Shown here in pieces: positions 7,298 through 17,465 of a stretch of 46,029 nucleotides of DNA (positions are counted from its first letter, which is position 1; the number at the start of each line of letters is the position of its first letter). The notes under the pieces are model-generated. The model did not search any database, was not told the DNA's origin, and saw only the letters and a list, made by a program, of their open reading frames with translations. The stretch is taken from IMG/VR virus record IMGVR_UViG_3300045988_085935, one strand, 5' to 3'. Made by a program: the position numbers and the translations under genes. The DNA is from a virus.

Positions 7298-7493
7298 AGA
7301 TCATCAGTTTAAGGCATTGTGCAAAGTGCTAGACGGGGTACCGGAAAATACGGGGTTATATCAAAGCTAGCTAGCAAAATGCACATAACATAAAGACTTG
7401 TCATAAAGTGCTAAAGATCAGAAGAGCCAAGAAACGTTGAAAATACGGGCTTTTCTGATCTTTGTTCGTATAAGAGCTATTATGCGAATAGTT

Positions 7494-7680
7494 CTATCTA
7501 GCTAGTCATGATCCTATCTATCCACCTATCTAGCTAGCTATCTTCCTTATGGTGGTGGCTCTCTCTCTTCCCGTCTCCCTGTAGACCCTCCTCCCGTCTC
7601 CCTCTCGCTGCCGGTAGGGCGTAGCCCTCCCCCCTATACCCTGATCGCGCTCGCTCCCGCCGTAGGGGTACCCTTCCGCC
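7494..7680. repeat. Repeat-dense, pyrimidine-rich spacer (candidate pac/cos region)
   Basis: CTATCT(A/T) occurs four times (7494, 7514, 7526, 7538). CTAGCTAG palindromes are present. CCCGTCTCCCT occurs twice (7570, 7593). TCGCT..CCG..GTAGGG occurs twice (7605, 7651). Confidence 0.45.
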
Positions 7681-7732
7681 CCGAAAAATTTTATAAATTT
7701 TACAAACTATTCCATGTTGCTATTCTGAAGCC

Positions 7733-9256
7733 ATGAGCAAGGAATTAGAGGACATCTACAACGAGGAACTGAACTACTGCATAGATAACGAAGGATACTT
7801 TGTAGACACGTATGGACACATTGAGAACAAGGATACCGCAGAGGTAATTGTTCCGTTCCAGATGTGGAAAGCACAGAGAGAAACGTTGCAGAAGTTCCAC
7901 GATTGCAGAAGAGTCATCGTTCTGAAAGCGAGACAGCTTGGGTTTACGTGGCTTGCACTGCATCATGTTGCATGGGTGTTGTTAAAGCCAACGAAAACCG
8001 CAATCGGACTGTCAGAGACAGAGGAGAAAGCAAAAGAGCTTGTCCGGAGACTGGATCAGGTCATATTCCGGTACATGCCGGAACTGATTGCAAAGAAGGG
8101 ATACATTCCGAAAGGATGGACAGGGCTGTGGTACGAAACCACTGCATTAACGCTTACAGTCCATCATCCAAATGGCAATGATTCCGTGTTCGAATGCTTT
8201 CCAAGCTCACCTAACGCCGGCCGTTCCTTTACAGCGGACGTGCTGCTCATGGATGAGTGGGCGTTCCAGCAGTTCGACAGAGATATCTGGGCGGCTATCT
8301 ATCCGACAATCAACAGACCAAATTCCGGACAGGTCATTGGAATATCATCCATCAAGCGCGGATCACTGTTTGAGGAACTGTACACGAACGAATCCAACTC
8401 GTTTGAGAAGGTATTCATCCCGTGGTACGCAGATCCTCACAGAGATGACGAATGGTACAAGGAAACGCAGGCAAACCTTGCCGACCCTGTTCTCATGACC
8501 GCAGAGTACCCGGCAACGGTCGAGGAAGCATTAACGGTTCCGGGCGGTGCGTTTTTCCCGGAGGTGAAGGACGAATCTTTCAATTCGAACGAGAGACTGA
8601 AAGGGCCGCTTGTCACCTATTTTTCCATGGACTACGGACTGGATATGCTTGCGGGGTATTGGTACAACCGTGACGCATACGGAAACACGCAGATCGTAAG
8701 AGAAGAGTGTCATCCGGACATGACAATCGGTGCCGCAGCAGACATGATTCTGTCAATCACAAGAGAACTGAGGGAAAGAGGTCTGATCGGCCCGGTACAG
8801 CAGTATCTTGCACCGCCTGACCTGTGGAACCGTTCGCAGGAAAGCGGAAAATCCAGAGCAATTCTGTTCCAGGAGGCAGGACTTGTACTGACGAAAGTAA
8901 ACAACGATATTGCAGCCGGTTGTGCCGCTATGAAGGAAATGCTTATCCATACGGACGGTGCAAAAGGCAAGATTACCGCATTAAACGGCTGCGCTCCAAC
9001 GCTTCTTCGGTGCTTAAAGAAGATTCAGAGAGACGAAGACAGGCCGAACATATACGCAAACAAGCCGCACAATCTGACACACTCTCCGGACGGTCTCAGA
9101 TACTACTGCATCTATTGGACAAATCCGGCGGTTGCTGATGAAAACAAGCACCGAACGAGATGGAGGCCGGATATGTGGGAAGACTATGAAAATGCCAACG
9201 AAGAGGATCGGCAAATGTTGATTGAACGTTGGGGAGAACCAGACGATGAGTCCTAA
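7733..9256 (+). CDS. terL: Terminase large subunit
   Basis: Walker-A-like VLKARQLGFTW and Walker-B-like VLLMDEWAF. Size of 507 aa and position before the portal fit. Confidence 0.88.
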   Translation: MSKELEDIYNEELNYCIDNEGYFVDTYGHIENKDTAEVIVPFQMWKAQRETLQKFHDCRRVIVLKARQLGFTWLALHHVAWVLLKPTKTAIGLSETEEKAKELVRRLDQVIFRYMPELIAKKGYIPKGWTGLWYETTALTLTVHHPNGNDSVFECFPSSPNAGRSFTADVLLMDEWAFQQFDRDIWAAIYPTINRPNSGQVIGISSIKRGSLFEELYTNESNSFEKVFIPWYADPHRDDEWYKETQANLADPVLMTAEYPATVEEALTVPGGAFFPEVKDESFNSNERLKGPLVTYFSMDYGLDMLAGYWYNRDAYGNTQIVREECHPDMTIGAAADMILSITRELRERGLIGPVQQYLAPPDLWNRSQESGKSRAILFQEAGLVLTKVNNDIAAGCAAMKEMLIHTDGAKGKITALNGCAPTLLRCLKKIQRDEDRPNIYANKPHNLTHSPDGLRYYCIYWTNPAVADENKHRTRWRPDMWEDYENANEEDRQMLIERWGEPDDES

Positions 9257-11222
9257 TTTTTGGAAAAAGGTAAAGAGAATGACGAAAAGCGTGATTGATC
9301 CGGAACCGGAAAACCTCAAAACATGGAAAAAGCGTCTGGAAGAATCGCTTGAAAGCTATGCAAGCGATAAAAACCGAATGAAAACCTATCAGGGTTATTA
9401 CGATGGGGACAGAAGCGTAGCTCAAGACCCAAATTCCAGCCATTCTCCATCAAAGAAGGCATCCAACGTAAGAAACATCGTGTATGAGCTGATCGAATCA
9501 CAGGTTGATTCGTCTATTCCGATGCCGAAGGTGCGCGCAATTCATCCGGAAGACGAAGAGCTTGCGAAAAAGCTGGAACACTATCTTGAAAACAAAATTA
9601 AGACCGCAAAACTGCCGCTTCTTAATGACATGATGGAAAGAAACGTACCTGTTCAGGGCGGTGATTTCTTTCATGTTCAGTGGGACGCGAACGCAGGCCT
9701 TCATTCGCAGATTGGAGACATCAAGGTTTCCGAAATTCATCCGAAAAAGCTGATTCCACAGCAGGGAATGGTTGAAATCGAAGAAATGGACTACTTCTTT
9801 GTGCAGGAATTGTACACGAAGAAGAAGGTTAAGGCGATTTATGGCGTATCGGTAGAGGACTGCGGAAATGACTATACAGACCTTGCCGGCGAGCAGTCCA
9901 GTACGGCTTCTATCAATTCCGACATTGTGACTGTAAACACGGCATACTACCACAATGAGCATGGCGGTGTAGGAATTTTCGTCTGGTGTGACACGGAAGT
10001 GCTTCTTGATCTGGACGATTACGAGGCAAGATACCTAGACCACTGCGCAAAATGCGGCGCAGTCATGCAGAACGGCGTTTGTCCGGAGTGCGGAAGCAAA
10101 AAAGTTAAGAAAATGCCGGAAGAATATGAAGAGATGGCAGAAGGAATGGAAGTAAAAACCTCCTATCCGATGGCTGATGGCACATTCTCCCGGAACATTG
10201 ATCCGTTCACAGAGGAAGAAGCACCTCAAATGGACGAAAACGGACAGCCTGTCATGGATGAAATGGGACAGCCTGTCATGGAAATGCGGAAAGTGAAACG
10301 CAAGATTCCGTATTACAAACCTAATATTTACCCTGTCGTTTTGAGAAAGAATATCACACAGAATGACAGACTTTTGGGCGGTTCTGATGTCGCTGTGATC
10401 ATTGATCAGCAGGATACGGTCAAGAAACTTGGTTCCAAAATCAACGAGAAACTTTTAAAAGGCGGATCGTTTGTAACGCTTCCTACTGGTATTGATGTCG
10501 AAAAGACAGACAAGGAACTGAAAATCCTCAGAGTAAGGAACGCGGCAGACAAGTCTCTGATTGATGTTATCAATGTTCAGCCGAATGTTCAGAACGATCT
10601 GTCTTACGAAGAGACAAATTACAACTGGGCGAAGTCAGCACTTGGTATTACCGATTCGTTTCAAGGTAAATTTTCATCTTCGGAAGTGTCCGGTACCGCA
10701 AGACAGTACGCAATCAACCAGGCAGCGGGCCGTTTGGAATCAAAAAGAACACTCAAGAACGAAGCATTCGCAAAACTTTATGAATACATGTTCAAGTTCT
10801 GGCTTGCATACAGTGATCAAAGTTCTGCAATTATCTCCACTGATTCAAACGGAACTGCGAACTATGACGAGATTGACCGTCATGAGTTTTTAAAGATTGA
10901 TTCAGCCGGTGAGTTTTACTGGGACGATGAGTTTTTGTTTGAGACAGATCCTACGTCAACTCTGATGCAGAACAGAGAAGCACTGTGGAATCAGACGGAT
11001 CTGAAGTTACAGTCCGGAGCATTCGGCCCTGTTGGTGATCTGGAAACCGCAAGAGCTTATTGGACAATCCAAAAGGCAAACGGATATCCGAACGCTGCAA
11101 TCATTTTGAACATCATTGAGCAGAGAATCAAGGAACAGCAGGAAATGGCAATGCAGGCACAGCAGGCAATGCCTCAAGAGGTTCCAGAGGAAGGTGCAAC
11201 CGATGAAATGCCCGAAATGTAA
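9246..11222 (+). CDS. Portal protein (with an internal CxxC...CxxC insertion)
   Basis: Follows TerL with an overlapping start. About 658 aa with an acidic C-terminus. Called from position and size only. Confidence 0.65.
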   Translation: MSPNFWKKVKRMTKSVIDPEPENLKTWKKRLEESLESYASDKNRMKTYQGYYDGDRSVAQDPNSSHSPSKKASNVRNIVYELIESQVDSSIPMPKVRAIHPEDEELAKKLEHYLENKIKTAKLPLLNDMMERNVPVQGGDFFHVQWDANAGLHSQIGDIKVSEIHPKKLIPQQGMVEIEEMDYFFVQELYTKKKVKAIYGVSVEDCGNDYTDLAGEQSSTASINSDIVTVNTAYYHNEHGGVGIFVWCDTEVLLDLDDYEARYLDHCAKCGAVMQNGVCPECGSKKVKKMPEEYEEMAEGMEVKTSYPMADGTFSRNIDPFTEEEAPQMDENGQPVMDEMGQPVMEMRKVKRKIPYYKPNIYPVVLRKNITQNDRLLGGSDVAVIIDQQDTVKKLGSKINEKLLKGGSFVTLPTGIDVEKTDKELKILRVRNAADKSLIDVINVQPNVQNDLSYEETNYNWAKSALGITDSFQGKFSSSEVSGTARQYAINQAAGRLESKRTLKNEAFAKLYEYMFKFWLAYSDQSSAIISTDSNGTANYDEIDRHEFLKIDSAGEFYWDDEFLFETDPTSTLMQNREALWNQTDLKLQSGAFGPVGDLETARAYWTIQKANGYPNAAIILNIIEQRIKEQQEMAMQAQQAMPQEVPEEGATDEMPEM

Positions 11223-11379
11223 TACAGAAATGAGTATTCAGAGTAACAAACTGGTTCGGAGAAAAGACGGAAGCATCGCATACAAGATGATTCTGACGTG
11301 CCGGAACAAGAATTGCTCCAATCATGGAGAGATCGTCCAGACGCTTTACGATCCCGTAGAGCTGTCCGAAGACGAGTAA
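11203..11379 (+). CDS. Small zinc-ribbon protein (58 aa)
   Basis: MKCPKCNTEM...LTCRNKNCSNHG. ATG 11203 overlaps the portal 3' end. Confidence 0.55.
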   Translation: MKCPKCNTEMSIQSNKLVRRKDGSIAYKMILTCRNKNCSNHGEIVQTLYDPVELSEDE

Positions 11380-11430
11380 CCATTTTCATATACATTCGCA
11401 GGAAAAGCGTAAAAATCCGAAGGAGTATAC

Positions 11431-12327
11431 ATGTTTAATATCCGAAAGTTCTTCGATGAAGGCGATGGTCTTACCGGAAGCGAGGAAAGCGTAACAATGA
11501 CTGATGTCGCTGAGCAGTCAACTGAGGACAACACCGAAGACGAACAGACTACTTATTCGTCAGAGGAAGCCGATGCAGATTCTCATGAAGATGAGAGCGA
11601 AGAAGCTGATCCCGCAAATCAGCAGTCTGCGGAGGAAAACGCGAAGTATGCAGCCATGAGACGGAAGGCCGAAGCAGAAGCAGAGAAAAGATACGCTTCT
11701 AAGCAGGCAGAACTCGACAGGCAGTTTGCTTCGATGTTCGGGCAGTATACAAACCCGGAGACGGGCGAACCGATCAGAACTGCTCAAGACTATTTCAATG
11801 CAATGCAGGCACAGCAGAATCAGCAGACGAGAAGTCAGCTTGAGCAGGCCGGCATTGATCCAAATCTGATCGACAAAGCAGTCAGAAACAACCCGGCTGT
11901 CCAGTACGCAAACGCAGTTATTGAACAGCAACAAGCAGAACAGGCACAGTCCATGGTTGCCGAAGACATTGAAGCAATCCGTTCGATTGATCCTACGATC
12001 AAATCTGCGGATGATGTTGCAATGCTTGATACCTACCCTCAAATGCTCGCAATGATTCAGAACTCTGGTGGACGCATCAGACTTTCCGAAGCATATAAGC
12101 TGGTTAATTTTGACCGTCTTGTAGCGAACCAGAGACAGGCGGGACAGCAGTCGGCAATCAATCAGGCAAGATCAAAGGGACACTTAAACGCTGCGGCCGG
12201 CGTAAGTGGTTCGGTTGACGGTGAGGATATCCCGACCGGAGAGCTTTCACAGTGGAAAGCGTGGTTCCCTGACAAGTCTCCGAAGGAACTCCGTGCCTTG
12301 TATAACAAATCAAGAAAAAGGAGTTAA
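11431..12327 (+). CDS. Putative scaffolding protein
   Basis: Lies between the portal and capsid genes. Acidic N-terminus, Q/A/E-rich coiled-coil composition. GAAGGAG SD. Confidence 0.6.
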   Translation: MFNIRKFFDEGDGLTGSEESVTMTDVAEQSTEDNTEDEQTTYSSEEADADSHEDESEEADPANQQSAEENAKYAAMRRKAEAEAEKRYASKQAELDRQFASMFGQYTNPETGEPIRTAQDYFNAMQAQQNQQTRSQLEQAGIDPNLIDKAVRNNPAVQYANAVIEQQQAEQAQSMVAEDIEAIRSIDPTIKSADDVAMLDTYPQMLAMIQNSGGRIRLSEAYKLVNFDRLVANQRQAGQQSAINQARSKGHLNAAAGVSGSVDGEDIPTGELSQWKAWFPDKSPKELRALYNKSRKRS

Positions 12328-12331
12328 TTAA

Positions 12332-13345
12332 ATGGCAGTTACAATTCGTGACAACATCAAGAATGGTTCCCTTTGGAACGAGTGGGCGAAGTTCATCAAT
12401 GCGGCAATCTTCGATTCTGACGCACAGCAGAACAAGTATGACGACATTCTGAATGCCCTTGCAATCGTAGACAAGTCCGACAGATTCGCAGAGAAGGCAA
12501 CGACAATCGGCGGTCTCGGAGACTTCACCGTAAAGAACGAGGGTGAGGTAGCAGCGGTTGACACCTTCGAGGAAGGCTATGCAAAGCTGATCGAGCACAT
12601 CACGTTCTCTAAGGATTTCACCATTTCCAGAGAGCTTCGTGACGACAACCAGATTGCAGAAGCAAAGCAGAAGGCAGTAAACATGGTTCAGGCCTACAAG
12701 AGAACCAGAGCTAAGTTCCTGACGCAGGCTCTCACCACTTCCGTAGGCGACACAAAGACCATGAGCTTTGGTGGTAAGACCGGAATTGACATTTCCGCTC
12801 CGGACGGTCTTGCACTGTTCAACACCGCTCACAAGCTCAAGAGCGTAACCGGAACCACCATTTCCAACCTGTATAAGGATGAGCTGGGAACCAATACCGA
12901 TGTACTGAATAAGCTCGCAAACAAGATGCGTAACTTCAAAGATGATCGTGGTGAGGTTCTTGGCTTCGATGCAGACACCATCATTGTTCCGGGTGATGAT
13001 CCTGAGTACGAGGATTTCGTAAAGAGAATCATCGGCACTGACGGTGAGGTTGGAAGCAACAACAACGACATCAACACGCAGAGAGGTAAGTGGAAGCTGG
13101 TTGTTGATTATCTGTGGACTGGAAACACCGGACATCCGGTAATCCTTATGTCCTCGGATGCTCTCAAGGCACTTCGTGCTACACGCTTCTACAACAGAAC
13201 CAATCTGGATGTCCAGAACGATGAGGATGTTCATTCCAGAAACCTGACCTACAACGGCTTTGCAAGATGCTCCGTAGGCTTCACGAACTGGAGACATGTT
13301 CTTCTGTGCGGATCTTCCGCCGAAGGAGCTACTGTGCTTGCCTAA
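12332..13345 (+). CDS. Major capsid protein
   Basis: Follows the scaffold gene. 337 aa with a strong SD, and the strongest terminator of the window lies directly after it. Confidence 0.65.
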   Translation: MAVTIRDNIKNGSLWNEWAKFINAAIFDSDAQQNKYDDILNALAIVDKSDRFAEKATTIGGLGDFTVKNEGEVAAVDTFEEGYAKLIEHITFSKDFTISRELRDDNQIAEAKQKAVNMVQAYKRTRAKFLTQALTTSVGDTKTMSFGGKTGIDISAPDGLALFNTAHKLKSVTGTTISNLYKDELGTNTDVLNKLANKMRNFKDDRGEVLGFDADTIIVPGDDPEYEDFVKRIIGTDGEVGSNNNDINTQRGKWKLVVDYLWTGNTGHPVILMSSDALKALRATRFYNRTNLDVQNDEDVHSRNLTYNGFARCSVGFTNWRHVLLCGSSAEGATVLA

Positions 13346-13356
13346 CGGTAACGAAG

Positions 13357-13386
13357 GGGACATGGGAAACCATGTCCCTTTTTTTA
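13357..13386 (+). terminator. Strong intrinsic terminator after the capsid gene
   Basis: GGGACATGG-GAAA-CCATGTCCC followed by T7. Confidence 0.9.
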
Positions 13387-13405
13387 CAAACGAATTGGAG
13401 AATAT

Positions 13406-13582
13406 ATGATTGTGAATGTAGGAGACATCATCGAAATTGATGGAAAGAAGTACGAAGTAACATTCGTATGCGGAGACAACTACTCATATAAAGATTATCT
13501 CGGCCCGAAGGAACCGGAAGAGCCAAAGGAAGCAGAACCCGTTGTACCGGAACCGCCGAAGAGAAGAACCAGAAGGAAGTAA
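13406..13582 (+). CDS. Hypothetical 58-aa protein (below the ORF-track cutoff)
   Basis: GGAG SD. MIVNVGDIIEIDGKKYEVTFVCGDNYSYKDYLGPKEPEEPKEAEPVVPEPPKRRTRRK. Fills the gap up to the next ATG. Confidence 0.5.
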   Translation: MIVNVGDIIEIDGKKYEVTFVCGDNYSYKDYLGPKEPEEPKEAEPVVPEPPKRRTRRK

Positions 13583-13584
13583 AA

Positions 13585-14517
13585 ATGTCGAACACGGTCA
13601 TTACATGGAAAGATATCAAATTAGCCGCATTGCAGAAGATGTTTTCTGCAAACGGAACCACAATCCAGTTTGATTCCTCAAACTCTGAATATCTCTATGC
13701 AATGCCGAACACCGCCAATGAAGGTCTGCAAATGCTTGCTACGGCAGGCAAGTTCCTTCTTGGCGAGTATACGATTGTGAACAGGCCGATCAATCCGCTG
13801 AACGGTTCGTTTGAAAATGTCCAAATCACAGAAGGGGAGTACCGATTTTCCATAGACGGAGCGAAGTCTTATTACTTCCGCTGTGAAGGCGTATGCACGG
13901 TAAACATCGTGGTTGGAGATACCACGTTCAAGACCATTGATGTTCAGTCGAAAGAGAAGTATGCAACTTATAAGGGTAATATTGACAATCAGGAGGGAAA
14001 GAATGTTTCGCTTGTGTTCATTGCAGACTATCCGTGCAACATCAAGAACATTGCGCTTTATGGTGTTCGATACGAGACGGATGAAGATGTTGACGATTAC
14101 GAAGAATATCTGAAATTCAACATGGACGAACTGGTAGAAGACTTCTATCAGCTTGCAGAGAACCAGATTTACTTTGAGGGAGACGATGAACCGAAATACC
14201 TGGCTGCAACCGATTATTATCAGGAAGCAGACAAAACGCTTGTTATTCCTAGAAGCAAGGTCGGCGCATACACGGTCTATTACAAGAAGTACCCGAAGCA
14301 GATCACGTCAACCACTCCGGATGATTATGTATTGCAGATTGATCCGGAGGTTGCGGTTCTTCTTCCTATCTATATGGCATCCGTTTTGTACATGGATGAT
14401 GATCTTTCCATTGCAACATCATATCGAAACTATTTTGAAGTAGGTTTGAACAGGCTGTCTCAGAGGGCAGATGTCAGCAAGAAGGAAGAGTTTGTCAGTG
14501 AAAGTGGGTGGTGCTAA
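13585..14517 (+). CDS. Virion structural protein (possible head-tail adaptor)
   Basis: Lies after the capsid gene and is coupled by TAATG to the next gene. No family recognised. Confidence 0.35.
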   Translation: MSNTVITWKDIKLAALQKMFSANGTTIQFDSSNSEYLYAMPNTANEGLQMLATAGKFLLGEYTIVNRPINPLNGSFENVQITEGEYRFSIDGAKSYYFRCEGVCTVNIVVGDTTFKTIDVQSKEKYATYKGNIDNQEGKNVSLVFIADYPCNIKNIALYGVRYETDEDVDDYEEYLKFNMDELVEDFYQLAENQIYFEGDDEPKYLAATDYYQEADKTLVIPRSKVGAYTVYYKKYPKQITSTTPDDYVLQIDPEVAVLLPIYMASVLYMDDDLSIATSYRNYFEVGLNRLSQRADVSKKEEFVSESGWC

Positions 14518-16532
14518 TGGCTGAACAGCAGGCAACACAGTTTAATATACCATCTTCACCAACGCTGAAAGTATACAAGAATGATCGCTTCTTAGGTGCC
14601 GACTTTACTTCCGATGCATCAACTGTTGATGAAACGAAATCCCCAAACACTGTAAACATGATCCGATCTGTTCCGGGCAAAATCCGTAAAAGGATGGGGT
14701 ACAAAGAGATCGGTGATTATAAGCAGAGAATCTGGGGAATGCATCATCTTTCCACTACGGATATCTGGCTGATTCATGCAGGAGACAAACTTTATAACCT
14801 GTCTGCACCAAAAGGCCGTAAATGGGCCGCAGATAACAAGGAAGTTGTTACCGCTGACAAAGCAGAGAACATCATGCTTTTAACCGGAGATTATGAAGAC
14901 ACGATGATCTATTCCGGTATGGCTCAGCACCGTTCTGTTTCTCTTGAACTGTCTCAGAAACTAATCATTCTGGACGGAAAGAAAGCACTTATCTTTGATG
15001 GCTTCACGGTGAAGGATCTGAGCGATAACGCGTACATTCCTACTCTGCGAATTTCAGAGAATCCGGAAGGCGGTGGAAAAGACTACGAAGCACTGAACCT
15101 GTTACAGCCGGCGTGGCAAGAATGGTTTATCTGCGATGCTGACCATGCAAGCACGAAGGAATTTCAGCTTGCGTTTGGCACTACGGAATCACCTTTGGAC
15201 GATACGAAGGTCAAGGCGTGGCTTCTTAATGGTGATGGAGACTGGATAGAAAAGACAGAAGGAACCGACTTCACGGTTGACAGAACGAAGGGGAAGGTAA
15301 CTTTTGTAACAGCACCCGGAAAAACGCCGCTTGCAGGAGAAGACAACGTAAAGATTCAGGCATACCGAACGGTTAAAGGATACTCGGATAGAGTAAATCA
15401 CTGCACATTCGGAACGCTGTTTGGAGTAAACGGAGCACAGGACAGACTGTTCATTTCCGGTAATCCGGACAAGGGCGAAAATGAAGACGGAGAGCTGTTC
15501 ACATACATTTGTTATGACTGGTTTTCCGGTCAGTACGATCCTACTTATTTTGCAGACACGCACTATTCACAGCTCGGTTCAGACAGTACGGCGATTGTTG
15601 GTTATTCCATCATCAACAACTATCTGGCTGCATTTAAAGGCGGCAACGAGCAGTCGCAGGCTGTTCTGATTCGTGAAGGTGATATCACGGATGACGAGCC
15701 TACATTTAAGGTGGTAAACACGCTACAAGGCGTTGGGGCGGTCTCTCCTTACAGTTTTGCTTATCTTGAAACAGAACCATTGTTTCTTACGAAACTTGGC
15801 GTATACGCCATCACAGCGCAGGATATCACGGGTGAGAAGTATGCACAGAACAGATCCTACTATCTGGACGGAAAACTGACAGAAGAAGAGAACCTGAACG
15901 AAGCATACGGATTTACTTTCAAGGATTTCTATGTGCTTGCAGTGAACAGCCACGTATATGTTCTGGATGGTCAACAGCCAATGCAGACGGATAAGTCAAG
16001 GCCGTATGCAACCAGACAGTATGCCGGTTTCTATTGGGACGATGTTCCGGCCTCCGTGTTCTTTGAGTATGACAACACGCTTTGCTTTGGAGCGACAGAT
16101 GGAAAGATATATGCGTTTTACAAAGACAAGCACGAACTGGAATCATACAACGACAACGGCAAGGAATACGGTGCAATCTGGGAGACTGCGGACATTTCAG
16201 AACAGTTGTTCTACAAAAACAAGAATTACCGGTACCTTGCGATTCGGTGTATGCCGGAGATTGTTTCTTCCGTAGAAGTATGGGCGCAGAGACGTGGAAT
16301 CTGGGAGCGCATCAAAGAGGATGCTACAACACTGAAGTATTTCAGTTATCAGCATCTTACTTATTCCAAATTCACCTATTCAACAGATTCAACGGCTAAG
16401 GTATCGTCAACAAAAGTCCGGCTGAAGAAACTGGATCACGTTCGGTTCCGGTTTGAGAACAACCGTGTCAATGAGCCGTTTGGATTGAACGATTTTGCTG
16501 TCGAGTACACACAAGGCGGCAACCACAAGTAA
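14517..16532 (+). CDS. Large virion structural protein (possible tail nozzle/tubular protein B analogue)
   Basis: 671 aa, positioned between the adaptor candidate and the fibre genes. No tape measure, tube or sheath gene is seen in the genome. Confidence 0.35.
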   Translation: MAEQQATQFNIPSSPTLKVYKNDRFLGADFTSDASTVDETKSPNTVNMIRSVPGKIRKRMGYKEIGDYKQRIWGMHHLSTTDIWLIHAGDKLYNLSAPKGRKWAADNKEVVTADKAENIMLLTGDYEDTMIYSGMAQHRSVSLELSQKLIILDGKKALIFDGFTVKDLSDNAYIPTLRISENPEGGGKDYEALNLLQPAWQEWFICDADHASTKEFQLAFGTTESPLDDTKVKAWLLNGDGDWIEKTEGTDFTVDRTKGKVTFVTAPGKTPLAGEDNVKIQAYRTVKGYSDRVNHCTFGTLFGVNGAQDRLFISGNPDKGENEDGELFTYICYDWFSGQYDPTYFADTHYSQLGSDSTAIVGYSIINNYLAAFKGGNEQSQAVLIREGDITDDEPTFKVVNTLQGVGAVSPYSFAYLETEPLFLTKLGVYAITAQDITGEKYAQNRSYYLDGKLTEEENLNEAYGFTFKDFYVLAVNSHVYVLDGQQPMQTDKSRPYATRQYAGFYWDDVPASVFFEYDNTLCFGATDGKIYAFYKDKHELESYNDNGKEYGAIWETADISEQLFYKNKNYRYLAIRCMPEIVSSVEVWAQRRGIWERIKEDATTLKYFSYQHLTYSKFTYSTDSTAKVSSTKVRLKKLDHVRFRFENNRVNEPFGLNDFAVEYTQGGNHK

Positions 16533-16544
16533 TGAGGTTTTGAA

Positions 16545-17144
16545 ATGGCATTTACCCATATCACAGACGAAGACAGAAACGGAAAAGGAAATGTCGGAAG
16601 ATCAGACACACCACAGTTGTCAACGTATGAGATGCAGACCGTTCTGGACGAGCTTGCAAACCTTGCGATTGATGGACTGAATAAGCACATCACCGAAGAG
16701 GAAGCAAACACCGGAGCAATCAACATTGGTGCAACTGTTCCGACTGGATTTGAAGCGTCTGAGAACATCCAGAGTGTTCTAAATGCGATTGCGGCAAAGA
16801 CAAGAGATGTAGTCGGAGACAAGCATTCTCACGCAAACAAGGACACGCTGGATAAGATCACAGAAACATCCTTGGAAAACTGGGACGAAGTTGCAACGCT
16901 TCTTGGGGCTATTAAGACCATCCAGACAACGCTTGTATCGTCAACTACTGCAATTCCAACATCGAGCGCGGTTGCGAACTATATCAGTAATCTGAACTGG
17001 AAGAAGATCGTTCTTGACAACGTTTATCCGGTCGGAGCCGTGTACTTCACAACATCAACGGTTGATCCGGCAGACCAGTTCGGCGGTCAGTGGACAAAGA
17101 TAGAGTTTTCCGGTTCTGTGACTGCATACAAGAGGATTTCGTAA
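16545..17144 (+). CDS. Tail fibre/collar-domain protein
   Basis: The C-terminal YPVGAVYFTTSTVDPADQFGGQWTKI resembles the phage tail-collar motif. HSHANKDTLDKIT is a common fibre motif. Confidence 0.6.
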   Translation: MAFTHITDEDRNGKGNVGRSDTPQLSTYEMQTVLDELANLAIDGLNKHITEEEANTGAINIGATVPTGFEASENIQSVLNAIAAKTRDVVGDKHSHANKDTLDKITETSLENWDEVATLLGAIKTIQTTLVSSTTAIPTSSAVANYISNLNWKKIVLDNVYPVGAVYFTTSTVDPADQFGGQWTKIEFSGSVTAYKRIS

Positions 17145-17455
17145 TGCAGGAAGAAAAGCTAATCAACGGAACAACGGTTGGTTTCGAAAAAGGAACAAAT
17201 CTGGAAGCATCCTACTACATGGCAAAAGCCGCAATGGACAGGATCAGGTTCACGGAAGCAAAGATTGTCGGAGCAAACGGAGGAACAATCACGTTTGAGA
17301 ACGAAGCACTTGGCGAAGAGAACAAGACAGTAATTCCACAGACAACTGTTTATGGAGTAACGCCTACAGACATGACGGTAAAAGGCAACACTGCAACCGT
17401 CACCTTCGGGCAGTGGAACGTTCCGTTTGAATGCAGACTGATGATTATCAAGTAA
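17144..17455 (+). CDS. Small tail-associated protein sharing the fibre C-terminal domain
   Basis: TAATG coupling. The C-terminus TATVTFGQWNVPFECRLMI parallels TLTVTFGAQEKAFDVCVTV of the next gene. Confidence 0.5.
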   Translation: MQEEKLINGTTVGFEKGTNLEASYYMAKAAMDRIRFTEAKIVGANGGTITFENEALGEENKTVIPQTTVYGVTPTDMTVKGNTATVTFGQWNVPFECRLMIIK

Positions 17456-17465
17456 AGGAGCAACG

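Noticed and set aside
7864-9138. Alternative-frame + strand ORFs of 104-108 aa within terL
   Set aside because: They are embedded in the TerL reading frame, which carries the Walker motifs. They are Arg/Ser-rich frame artefacts without SDs.
12158-13363. 401-aa ORF on the minus strand, the longest alternative ORF in the track
   Set aside because: It lies entirely antisense to the scaffold 3' end and the major capsid gene. It has no SD and an odd Cys/Val/Leu-rich composition. The + strand genes form a coherent, translationally coupled operon. It is a shadow ORF.
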